The translations under genes and the position numbers were made by a program. A stretch of DNA of 64,000 bases from Dehalococcoidia bacterium (GTDB lineage: Bacteria > Chloroflexota > Dehalococcoidia > Lucifugimonadales > Australimonadaceae). Location: positions 845,705 to 909,704 of the forward strand of contig OZ220673.1 of NCBI GenBank assembly GCA_965116305.1, read 5' to 3'. Positions 30,188-38,226 of the stretch are shown piece by piece. Position 1 is the first letter of the stretch; each line of letters starts with the position of its first letter. The notes beneath the pieces are model-generated. The model was not told the DNA's origin. It was given only the letters and a program-made list of their open reading frames with translations, and did not search any database.

Positions 30188-30634
30188 TCAGCTGCCGTAG
30201 ACGCTGATGATTACCTCTCGCGTCCGGGGATGGTCGAGCTCGACCATGAACACGCTCTGCCAGGTGCCGAGCGCAAGTTCGCCGTCGATGATGGGGATGG
30301 TCTCGCTGGATGGCAGCAGCAGGTGGGCGCAGTGCGAGTGACCGTTGGGCACCTCGTCCGGCGTCATGTTGACGGTGCGGATGGCGAAGTCGTTGTGGGC
30401 GTAGTAGGCGTCTTCCGGCGCGATGTTGCGCAGGAACCGCTTCATGTCATCGATCAGCAGAGGCTCGTGCTCGTTGATGACGATGGCCGCCGTGGTGTGG
30501 GCGCAGTAGACGCACAGCAACCCGTCGCGCACGCGGGAGTCGGCAAGCGCCCACCGGACGTTCTCGGTGATGTCGTAGAACTCGGGCGCGTTGTTCGTCT
30601 CTATGCGCAAGCGGGTTACGATGGTGCTCGTCAT
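30188..30634 (-). CDS. yjbQ: YjbQ/UPF0047 family protein
   Basis: HTTAAIVINE, HND, NGHSH, LGTWQSVF..ELD; start MTSTIV (30634). Confidence 0.88.
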   Translation of the reverse strand: MTSTIVTRLRIETNNAPEFYDITENVRWALADSRVRDGLLCVYCAHTTAAIVINEHEPLLIDDMKRFLRNIAPEDAYYAHNDFAIRTVNMTPDEVPNGHSHCAHLLLPSSETIPIIDGELALGTWQSVFMVELDHPRTREVIISVYGS

Positions 30635-30698
30635 GCCCTCATCCTCTGGGGTACGGCCATTCTGCAACTGAGACGGCCGGAGTTGATACGACTCTAGC

Positions 30699-30805
30699 AA
30701 CGTAGCATCGAGGGTGTTTCCGAGTCAATGCCTTAGCGGCCCCGTGAGGGATATTGAGACAACAGCGCGGGCAACCCCCTGTTTATTGAGACAAAGTATT
30801 GGGAA
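30699..30805 (-). promoter_or_regulatory. AT-rich promoter region of yjbQ-hpnCDE with direct repeats TATTGAGACAA
   Basis: tattgagacaa at 30752 and 30784 (32-bp spacing); possible TTGACT (30728-30723)-N18-TACGTT. Confidence 0.45.
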
Positions 30806-30826
30806 CGCTGACCCTTGGATGGAGGT

Positions 30827-31243
30827 CTATTGCCAGGCGCCGAGTATCGCGCCAACCACCAGCATCTGCAGCACGGCGTAGCCTGCGTCTATCACGTACA
30901 GTTTGAAACCCCGGTGCTCGAACGCGTAGTTCGCGACCTGCCCTACGGCGGTCACGGCGACACCAACGATGAGGCCGGTCAGCAGCCCCTCTACCACGTC
31001 TGCCGCGCCCACCGCCTGCATGATGATGGCCAGCATGATTGCGCCGACCAGTGAGCCCAGTCCGGCAGTGCTGTAGGCGCGCCGCACCGCGCTCTTGCGC
31101 TCCTCCAGCATCTCAGCGGTCAGCTTCGCTGCGGCCATCCACGGCTTCGCCAGGACGGTGAAGTAGACAGCGCCCAGTGCGTACCCCGCGAACGCCGCCA
31201 CGATGACGGCAAGCCAGTTCAGTGCTCCGAGGTCGATGTTCAT
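30827..31243 (-). CDS. DUF1761-like four-TM membrane protein
   Basis: Start MNIDLGALNWLAVIVAA; W..A motif and IDAGY...GAILGAW ending. Confidence 0.8.
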   Translation of the reverse strand: MNIDLGALNWLAVIVAAFAGYALGAVYFTVLAKPWMAAAKLTAEMLEERKSAVRRAYSTAGLGSLVGAIMLAIIMQAVGAADVVEGLLTGLIVGVAVTAVGQVANYAFEHRGFKLYVIDAGYAVLQMLVVGAILGAWQ

Positions 31244-31259
31244 GCGTTCTCCTCTCTGA

Positions 31260-32297
31260 CTACATATCCCGTGTGGCGAAGAACTCCGCAACCGCACGGA
31301 GCAGCTGCTTCGACTCCTCCGGTATGTTGAGCGCATCCACAGCGGCGACTGCCTGCCGGGCCTGCTCCTCCGCGATGCGTTGCACGTATGCATCGCCGCC
31401 GAGGCGGTCCAGCATCGCCATCACGCCGTCGAGCCGTTCGCCCTCGATCTCCTCGGCCCGGTATGTTTCCTCCAGCCACGGGCGCTCCTCGTCCGAAGCG
31501 TTGTCGAACAGGTAGACCGCCGGGAGCGACTTCTTCTTCCTGCGGATGTCCGCGCCTACCGCCTTGCCGGTGAAGGCCGGATCGCCCCAGACGCCGAGCC
31601 AGTCGTCCCGCACCTGGAAGGCGAGGCCGAGCCGCATACCGCATTCGCCGAACCCCCGCGCCGTGGCATGGTCGCCGGTTGCGACGAGCGCGCCCATGTG
31701 CATCGCGCTCTCCAACAGCGCGCCGGTCTTGCGTCCGATCATGTCCAGGTAGTCGGCGACGGAGACGCGCTCGGCGGCCTCGAAGGAGAGGTCGAGGTAC
31801 TGTCCCTCGATCATCTCCAGGTACCGCTTCGTCAGCTCGGCGATGGTGCCTTGTGCGACATCCGGCGTTGTGCCCCCCGCGGTGAGCGCCCCTGCGGTGT
31901 GGTCTGCGATGACGCGCATGGCGTTGCCGGCGGTGAGCGCCGTCGGCACCCCCCAGAGGTGCCACAGGGTAGGCGCCCCGCGCCGGGTCTCGTCGCCGTC
32001 CTGGATGTCGTCGTGGACGAGCGAGAAGTTGTGGATGAGCTCCAGCCCCGCGGCAGCGGGAAGCGCGTCGCGCCAGTCACCTCCCGACATCTCGCACGCC
32101 GCGAGGCAGAGGATGGGGCGCAGCGCCTTGCCGCCTCCCCGCGTGGGCGTCCCCTCGAGGTTCTCCCAGCCCATGTGGTAGCGCAGCATGGGGGCGAGCT
32201 CGCCACCCGCCTCCACCGCCTCGCGGAGGCTGCGCTCCACGTCCGGCAGGAAGCGCCTGGCCAGCTCGGCTATCTGCTGCTCGGCGTTCGCCTCCAT
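31260..32297 (-). CDS. Polyprenyl diphosphate synthase (FPP/GGPP synthase)
   Basis: GGKALRP, HNFSLVHDDIQD..RRG, GQYLD, KTGAL, FQVRDD. Confidence 0.92.
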   Translation of the reverse strand: MEANAEQQIAELARRFLPDVERSLREAVEAGGELAPMLRYHMGWENLEGTPTRGGGKALRPILCLAACEMSGGDWRDALPAAAGLELIHNFSLVHDDIQDGDETRRGAPTLWHLWGVPTALTAGNAMRVIADHTAGALTAGGTTPDVAQGTIAELTKRYLEMIEGQYLDLSFEAAERVSVADYLDMIGRKTGALLESAMHMGALVATGDHATARGFGECGMRLGLAFQVRDDWLGVWGDPAFTGKAVGADIRRKKKSLPAVYLFDNASDEERPWLEETYRAEEIEGERLDGVMAMLDRLGGDAYVQRIAEEQARQAVAAVDALNIPEESKQLLRAVAEFFATRDM

Positions 32298-32308
32298 GAG
32301 CTTGAGCG

Positions 32309-33661
32309 TTACGCGCCGAGTTCCGTGATGAGCTCCGCGGTGTGGAGCACGCCCAGTCGGAAGTAGTCGAGCCGGATGTTCTCGTTGGGCGCGTGGATGC
32401 GGTTGCCGGGATAGTCGATGCCGCACGACGCCACCGGGACGCCGAGGATGTGCTGGACGGGATGTTGCGGCCCCGTGCCGGTCATGCTGGGCACGATGTA
32501 CGGTTCGCTCTCGTAGACGCGGCGCGCCGAGTCCGCCACCTGCCGCACGAACGGGTCCTCTATCGACGTGCGCGCCGGGTGTTCCGACGTGAGGCTCGAT
32601 ATGGTGACGTCGCTGAACCCGTTGCGGTCAAGGTGCTCCCGCAGGTTCTGCAGGATCTCCTGCGGGTCCTGGTTCGGGACGAGGCGGAAGTCGAGCTTGG
32701 CGCGCGCGACCGCGGGCAGGATGGTCTTGGCGCCCTGGCCGGTGTAGCCCGCGCCGAACCCGGCGATGTTCGCCGTCGGCTCCATGATGAGGCGGCGGCG
32801 GAACTCGTAACCGGACGCTTCGCCCACGGCCATCTCGACGCCGAGGTCGTGCAGGAACTCGCGCGATGTGTCGGGCAGGGCGGCTATCGCCTTCGTCTCG
32901 TTCTCCAGCGCCGGCCGTATGCGGTCGTAGAAGCCGGGGATGGCGATGCGCTCGCTCTCGTCCTTGAGCGTGTTGAGCGCCCAGATGAGCCGCCAGGCGG
33001 GGTTCGGCACAACGGGGGCATAGGAGGAGTGGGAGTCCGTCTTGGCGGAACGGCACTCCAGTTCGACGTAGAGCAGGCCCTTCACGCCCAGCATGACCAT
33101 GGGACGCCCATCCCAGTTCACACCGCCCCCCTCCCAGATGCAGACGTCCGACCTGATGCGCTCCGCGTTCTGCTCCACGAACTCGTGGAAGCCGGGGCTG
33201 CCGATCTCCTCAGCGCCTTCCAAGCACCAGCGGATCGTGATGGGCAGCTCGCCCATCGTGTCGCGCACTGCCTTGATGGCGGCGAGGCGGGCGGCGATCG
33301 GCCCCTTGTCGTCGGAGATGCCGCGCCCGTACAGGTAGCCGTCGCGCTCGGTCGGCTCGAAGGGAGGCGTCTCCCACTCGTCGAGCGGGTCGGGAGGCTG
33401 CACGTCGTAGTGGTTGTAGAAGAGCAGCGACCTGTCGGACGCGCCCTTCAGTTCCGCGATGATGCCCGGATAGCCGGGGTCGGCGGTGGGGACGAGGCCC
33501 GCGTCGAAACCGGCGTCGCGCAGCATCTCCACCACCATCTCGCCGCACTCCAGGACGCCGAGCCGCTGCGCGCTGATGCTCGGCTGCCGCGTGAGCCGCT
33601 TCAACCCCTCGATGGTCTCGTCGAGGTGGCTGTCTACGTGGTCGGTGATCGCCTGCTGCAT
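32309..33661 (-). CDS. M20/M25/M40 family metallo-hydrolase
   Basis: YNHYDVQP, GRGISDDKG, EGAEEIGS, HAPNE. Confidence 0.92.
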   Translation of the reverse strand: MQQAITDHVDSHLDETIEGLKRLTRQPSISAQRLGVLECGEMVVEMLRDAGFDAGLVPTADPGYPGIIAELKGASDRSLLFYNHYDVQPPDPLDEWETPPFEPTERDGYLYGRGISDDKGPIAARLAAIKAVRDTMGELPITIRWCLEGAEEIGSPGFHEFVEQNAERIRSDVCIWEGGGVNWDGRPMVMLGVKGLLYVELECRSAKTDSHSSYAPVVPNPAWRLIWALNTLKDESERIAIPGFYDRIRPALENETKAIAALPDTSREFLHDLGVEMAVGEASGYEFRRRLIMEPTANIAGFGAGYTGQGAKTILPAVARAKLDFRLVPNQDPQEILQNLREHLDRNGFSDVTISSLTSEHPARTSIEDPFVRQVADSARRVYESEPYIVPSMTGTGPQHPVQHILGVPVASCGIDYPGNRIHAPNENIRLDYFRLGVLHTAELITELGA

Positions 33662-33680
33662 CTAGGTTCCTTCCTGTTCC

Positions 33681-33822
33681 GTTATTCCTGCGCAGGCCCG
33701 CGCTTCAGCGCGCAACCTCGCATCCCACCTCTCCCTTGAGGGGGAGAGGTCGCGCTGAAAGCGCGGGTAAGGGTGATTGGTCCCTTCCCCCTCGATGGGG
33801 GAAGGCTAGGATGGGGGTGAAC
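33681..33822 (+). repeat. Mosaic palindromic repeat cluster
   Basis: gttattcctgcgcaggc-ccgcgcttcagcgcgc-aacctcg; A module; cccttccccctcgatgggggaaggctaggatggggg. Confidence 0.9.
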
Positions 33823-33853
33823 CGGAATTGCATCGTCATGCCTTTGCGTAAGG

Positions 33854-34363
33854 TCAGGCCTTCGTCCGCTGCTGGCGCCGTCGCTCGGCGCGGGTCTCGT
33901 GGATGATGGGCCAGACGGACTCCGCCTCGCACTCCTCACCCTCGCCGACTTCGCGGAGGTCGGTCAGGTAGACCTCTCGGGCGGGCTCGCCGGTGGACTT
34001 CACGTCGTTGACGTGCATCCACGTATGGACGGCGCGGTGCGCGTCGGCGATCTGCTCGTGTGGGCCCTTGTACTGGGCGATGGCGAACTTCCCGCCGGGG
34101 AGCGAGTTCGGCTGCACACGCCCGTTGCCCTCCACCTCGACGCCTACCGGATAACCCACCTCGACGTCCACGAGGAACGCGCCGACCTCGTAGTAGACGC
34201 CGAAGCCGGGGCCGGTGGGCCGCACGCCGACCGACTCCAGATAGTCCGCCGTCTCCTGGAGCAACTGGACGACCTTGGGCGTCACCTTGTTGATGGTGGT
34301 CTTCGCCCGTACCGCCGCTATCTTCTGCGGTTTGATCTCCCGTATCTGGATGCCGAAGTCCAC
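33854..34363 (-). CDS. GyrI-like small-molecule-binding domain protein
   Basis: VEVGYPV, LPGG..A...KGP, REVYLTD; AGGAGG RBS before GTG. Confidence 0.8.
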   Translation of the reverse strand: MDFGIQIREIKPQKIAAVRAKTTINKVTPKVVQLLQETADYLESVGVRPTGPGFGVYYEVGAFLVDVEVGYPVGVEVEGNGRVQPNSLPGGKFAIAQYKGPHEQIADAHRAVHTWMHVNDVKSTGEPAREVYLTDLREVGEGEECEAESVWPIIHETRAERRRQQRTKA

Positions 34364-34380
34364 GTCGACCTCCTGTTCAT

Positions 34381-34484
34381 CCTCGTCGTTCCTGTCTCAT
34401 CCCGTCGTTCCCGCGCGGGCGGGAATCCAGTCCTGACCTCTCCCTGGGGGAGAGGTCGCTGCGCGTCAGCGCGGCGGGTGAGGG
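34381..34484 (+). repeat. Mosaic palindromic repeat cluster
   Basis: gtcgttcccgcgcgggcgggaatccag followed by an A module ending gcgggtgaggg. Confidence 0.88.
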
Positions 34485-34490
34485 CGGATC

Positions 34491-35903
34491 TTAACCCCCT
34501 CCGCCCGACGCGCCCTCCACGATGCCGGGGGCCGTCATGCGCGCGGGGTCCAGCAGCTCTTCGAGTTGCTCGTCGGTGAGTCCGGCCTCTGTCTTCGCCA
34601 GCTCCCGTATTGTGGTCCCTTGTGCAGCCGCGGTCTTGGCGATGGCTGTTGCCTTGTCGTAGCCGATGGCGGGCGTCAGGCCGGTGGCCATCATCAGCCC
34701 CTGTTCCACCATGTCAGGCCCCTTGCTCGTGGCCTTGATGCCGCGCAGGCACTGCTCCTCGAAGTTCGCCGTCGCGGAGGCGAGGAGCGTGATGGACTGG
34801 TGCAGGTTATACGCGGCGACTGGCCAGTACGTGTTCAGCTCGAGGTAGCCGCCCTGCGCCGCGGCCGCCACCGCCGCGTCGTTGCCGATCACCTGGCAGA
34901 CCACCTGTACGACGGACTCCGGAATGACCGGGTTCACCTTGCCCGGCATGATCGAGGAGCCGGGTTGCACGGTGGGTAACTCCAGCTCGGCCAGTCCCGC
35001 GCGCGGCCCCGACGACAGCCAGCGGAGGTCGTTCGCTATCTTCTGCAGCGACACCGCGGCGCTCCGCACCGCCCCGCTGGCCGCGAGCATCGTGTCCTGC
35101 GTGCCCTGCGCCTGGAAGTGGTGCGCGGTCTCCCGGACCGGCAGGCCCAGCTCCTCGCCGAGCGATGCGCACGTGCGCGCGGCGAACTCCTCGTGCGCGT
35201 TGATGCCGGTGCCGACCGCGGTGCCGCCCAGCGCAACCTCGCACAGCGCCTCGACGTGGGGACGCAGGCGCGCGATGCTCAGCTCCAGCTGGCTGGCGTA
35301 ACCCGCGAACTCCTGTCCGAGCCGGATGGGCGTGGCGTCCTGCAGGTGCGTCCTGCCGGTCTTGATGATCTCCCAGAACTCCCCGGACTTCGCCGCGAGC
35401 GCCGCCTGCGCCTGTTCGAGCGCGGGGATGAGCTCGCCGTTGAGCGCCTCGGCGGCGGTGAGATGGCTCGCCGTCGGGATGACGTCGTTGGACGACTGCG
35501 CCATATTGACGTGGTCGTTGGGGTGGACGTTCACACCGGGCGTCAGCTCGCGGGCGCGACGGGCGATGACCTCGTTCGCGTTCGTGTTGGTCGACGTGCC
35601 CGAACCCGTCTGGAAGAGGTCAACGACGAAATGCTTGTCCCAATCGCCGTCGACCACCTCGTTGGCTGCCGCCTCGATGCTGTCGGCGACGGCCTGGTCG
35701 AGCAGGCCAAGGGCGGTGTTGGTCCGTGCCGCGGCGCGCTTGATGCGGCCGAGCATGTGGATGAACGCGGGAGGGTAGCGCAGGGTGCTGATGGGGAAGT
35801 TGAGCACGGCGCGCTGCGTGGACGCGCCCCAGTAAGCGTCCGCCGGCACCTCCATCTCCCCCATGGTGTCTTTCTCGATCCGGGACGCTTTCGCTTCGGT
35901 CAT
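34491..35903 (-). CDS. fumC: Class II fumarate hydratase
   Basis: FQTGSGTSTN, HPNDHVN, KTGRTHLQDATP, GSSIMPGKVNP; start MTEAK (35903). Confidence 0.93.
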   Translation of the reverse strand: MTEAKASRIEKDTMGEMEVPADAYWGASTQRAVLNFPISTLRYPPAFIHMLGRIKRAAARTNTALGLLDQAVADSIEAAANEVVDGDWDKHFVVDLFQTGSGTSTNTNANEVIARRARELTPGVNVHPNDHVNMAQSSNDVIPTASHLTAAEALNGELIPALEQAQAALAAKSGEFWEIIKTGRTHLQDATPIRLGQEFAGYASQLELSIARLRPHVEALCEVALGGTAVGTGINAHEEFAARTCASLGEELGLPVRETAHHFQAQGTQDTMLAASGAVRSAAVSLQKIANDLRWLSSGPRAGLAELELPTVQPGSSIMPGKVNPVIPESVVQVVCQVIGNDAAVAAAAQGGYLELNTYWPVAAYNLHQSITLLASATANFEEQCLRGIKATSKGPDMVEQGLMMATGLTPAIGYDKATAIAKTAAAQGTTIRELAKTEAGLTDEQLEELLDPARMTAPGIVEGASGGGG

Positions 35904-36006
35904 CTTGACGATCGGCTCCTTCGTTTGGCGGGCGTTGCCCCCGCTTCTCACGATGCCCCATCTTATCGCCGCCGCCGTCGCGCTGCCAGACCGGAAGGGC
36001 TGGACT

Positions 36007-36226
36007 CCCTCTCCTGGGAAGAGGTAGCGCGCTTCAGCGCGCGTGGGGCCCTGTGGTGTGGGGTGGCGTTGTCATGCTGCGCGAAGCGGAGCGGAGTCGA
36101 AGCATCTCTCAATGGGAGTCCGCTTGTTCAGGGCTTCCCTGGGTACCTGACTGGGAGTGCAGAGGGGACCCCTCTGCCGGGGGCGTGGGGGTGTCCCCCA
36201 CAGCGCACCGGGTGGGTGGGTGGGAA
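36007..36226 (+). repeat. Mosaic palindromic repeat cluster
   Basis: Degenerate A module; cgcgcttcagcgcg; gtcatgctgcgcgaagcggagcggagtcgaagcatct; gcagaggggacccctctgc and tgggggtgtccccca hairpins. Confidence 0.8.
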
Positions 36227-36349
36227 GAACTACGCTTGCCCGAGCAGTTCCCAATAGCCCCAAACAGGGAAGGCTGACGCCTTCTCGCTGTCGTACGGGG
36301 AGAGTAAAGTAGAGTCTCTGAGAATACCTCGCGGCAACGGCCGCTCAGT

Positions 36350-37309
36350 GTGAACATGACCGAAAAGTCTCCTGCTCGACAGGCAACCTCCGTAATCCTG
36401 GCCTCGATAATCCTGTGGGTATTGCTGCTCCTGGCGATGTGGTTCGCAGAAGGTACGGACCGTACCCTGGGGCACGGCCCGCTCCCGAGTGCGCTCAGCG
36501 GTCTGGCCGCGTACCTGCGGACGATACTCGTTGGAGTCATCGGGATCGTCGTGGGCGGTGCGATGATCGTGGGCGTTCGAGGCAGTGCGCAGTTCGGCGC
36601 GCGGTACTCGTGGCTCATATACGTTTTCGTCGTAGTGCCGCTGGTGCTTATGCTCTTCATCCCGCTGGAGCGCTTCAACTCCGGCACCTTCCTCGGCCTG
36701 CCGGCCTTCCTGGTCGGCATCCCCGGACGGATGGTTATCGCGACGTCGCTGGGCGCTCTGCTGCTCGGGACGCTGGGCCTGCGGGTGCTGCTCAAGGCTC
36801 CGCCGGACGAGGGCGCTGCCGCGGCGCTGACGCAACGCTCGAGTGGCGGCGGAGCGGCACGGGACGCCGCTCCCGGCAGGTTCACGGGCCTCGCGTGGCG
36901 CGCGCTCTCCTTCATGCAGGAGGAGGCGAAGCGTTTCGAGCAGTCGAACATGGGCACCGAGCATCTGCTCCTCGGCGTGCTGAGCGACTCGCGCTCACAG
37001 GCATCGCGCATAGTGTTGGAGCTCGGGGCCGACCCCGCTTCCATCAGGCGCGAGATCGAGAACATCATCAGCAGGCGTGGGCCGCTCTTCGGCGGGACCG
37101 CGAGCATGACCCAGCGCTGCCAGCGCGTCATCGAGCGGGCGGTGCGCATATCCCGTAACGGCGGTCTTCGCACCGTCGGCACCGGCCACCTGCTGCTCGC
37201 CCTCGTGGAGAACCCCGAGGACGTGGCCGGGCAGCTGCTGGACAGCTCCGGCGTCACCTCCGACCGTGTGGCCTCCGTCATGCGCGGGATGCCCCCGGAA
37301 GCCGACTAA
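36350..37309 (+). CDS. Membrane protein with a C-terminal Clp N-terminal (ClpR) double repeat
   Basis: About four to five hydrophobic segments, then FT..A...EEA..GTEHLLLGVL and VGTGHLLLALV repeats; no AAA domain. Confidence 0.8.
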   Translation: MNMTEKSPARQATSVILASIILWVLLLLAMWFAEGTDRTLGHGPLPSALSGLAAYLRTILVGVIGIVVGGAMIVGVRGSAQFGARYSWLIYVFVVVPLVLMLFIPLERFNSGTFLGLPAFLVGIPGRMVIATSLGALLLGTLGLRVLLKAPPDEGAAAALTQRSSGGGAARDAAPGRFTGLAWRALSFMQEEAKRFEQSNMGTEHLLLGVLSDSRSQASRIVLELGADPASIRREIENIISRRGPLFGGTASMTQRCQRVIERAVRISRNGGLRTVGTGHLLLALVENPEDVAGQLLDSSGVTSDRVASVMRGMPPEAD

Positions 37310-37317
37310 GCGTCCGG

Positions 37318-37423
37318 CTCGTCGTTCCTGCGCAGGCCCGCGCTTTAGCGCGCAACCTCGCCCCTTACCTCTCCTGAGGGAGAGAGCCTGCCCTGAGCTT
37401 GTCGAATGGGTCGCCGCGCAGCG
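37318..37423 (+). repeat. Mosaic palindromic repeat cluster directly upstream of the tRNA
   Basis: B module with ccgcgctttagcgcgc insert; A module with nested gcctgccctgagcttgtcgaatgg. Confidence 0.85.
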
Positions 37424-37440
37424 CATATACTTAGTGCCTG

Positions 37441-37517
37441 GGGCCGGTAGCTCAGTTGGTCAGAGCGGACGACTCATAATCGTCTGGTCGCGGGTTCAAG
37501 TCCTGCCCGGCCCACCA
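37441..37517 (+). tRNA. tRNA with CAT anticodon, probably tRNA-Ile2 (lysidine) rather than Met
   Basis: Acceptor stem GGGCCGG/CCGGCCC, discriminator A and encoded CCA; D-arm AGCTCAGTTGGTCAGAGC; anticodon arm GACGA-CTCATAA-TCGTC; T-loop TTCAAGT; recalled resemblance to E. coli ileX. Confidence 0.93.
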
Positions 37518-37559
37518 CTCTTCGCGAGACTCCAGGACTGCCTCGCCTCCACGCACGAC

Positions 37560-37592
37560 AGAAGGGCCAGCATGCGCTGGCCCTTCTTCTCT
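37560..37592. terminator. Hairpin terminator between the tRNA and the convergent gene
   Basis: agaagggccagc-atgc-gctggcccttct 12-bp stem with a pyrimidine-rich tail. Confidence 0.7.
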
Positions 37593-37608
37593 CATGTGTA
37601 GGCGCGGA

Positions 37609-38196
37609 CTAGCCTGCCTCTGGACGCTCCGGGTACTCGAAGAATCCGGCGCAGTACGTGCTCGGGCGGGGGTCGTCCGGGTTCGCCGCGTAGTCGGGGG
37701 CGCCGCGCGGGTACACCAGGACTCGCGACCTGCCTTGCGGGTCGCACATGGCTACGGGGGTCGACGCCAGCACGTTGAAGTCGGCGTCAGTCACGGTGAT
37801 GCCCGCGATCCCTTCCGACATCACGCGCTCGAACCGGCCCATGTCGAAGCGTGCGGCGAAGTTCCCCGACTCGTCGACCGCCTCGATCGGCGGATGCACG
37901 TTCTCGGTGATCTCGTTGGTGACGGTGCCTGCGAAGCCTCGCCCGACGCTCGTCTGGACGAGCACGTGGATCTTCTGCCCCGGCTGGAAGCCGGTGCCCA
38001 TGATCGCGAAGCTGCTGCTGCTGTGCAGCTCTCCGACCCCCGGCCAGACAGCGACGCTTGGTGCGGAATCGCCGTCCTGCCCTCGGGCCTCGGAGCCGAA
38101 CGGCGTCACTCCCGATAGCAGAGCGACGAGTAACGCCAGTCCCAGCGCCACGATGATGGCTGCGGTTGTGGTCTGTCGAACGATTGTGCGGCGCAT
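37609..38196 (-). CDS. Hypothetical secreted protein
   Basis: Signal-peptide-like N-terminus (MRR...hydrophobic...SEARG), GGAGG RBS, two Cys near the C-terminus. Confidence 0.7.
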   Translation of the reverse strand: MRRTIVRQTTTAAIIVALGLALLVALLSGVTPFGSEARGQDGDSAPSVAVWPGVGELHSSSSFAIMGTGFQPGQKIHVLVQTSVGRGFAGTVTNEITENVHPPIEAVDESGNFAARFDMGRFERVMSEGIAGITVTDADFNVLASTPVAMCDPQGRSRVLVYPRGAPDYAANPDDPRPSTYCAGFFEYPERPEAG

Positions 38197-38226
38197 GGGT
38201 GCCTCCTTTGCCGGTCGCGGTGCGGT

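Noticed and set aside
37441-37517. tRNA as the integration site of a genomic island
   Set aside because: No integrase and no duplicated tRNA 3' end were seen in the window.
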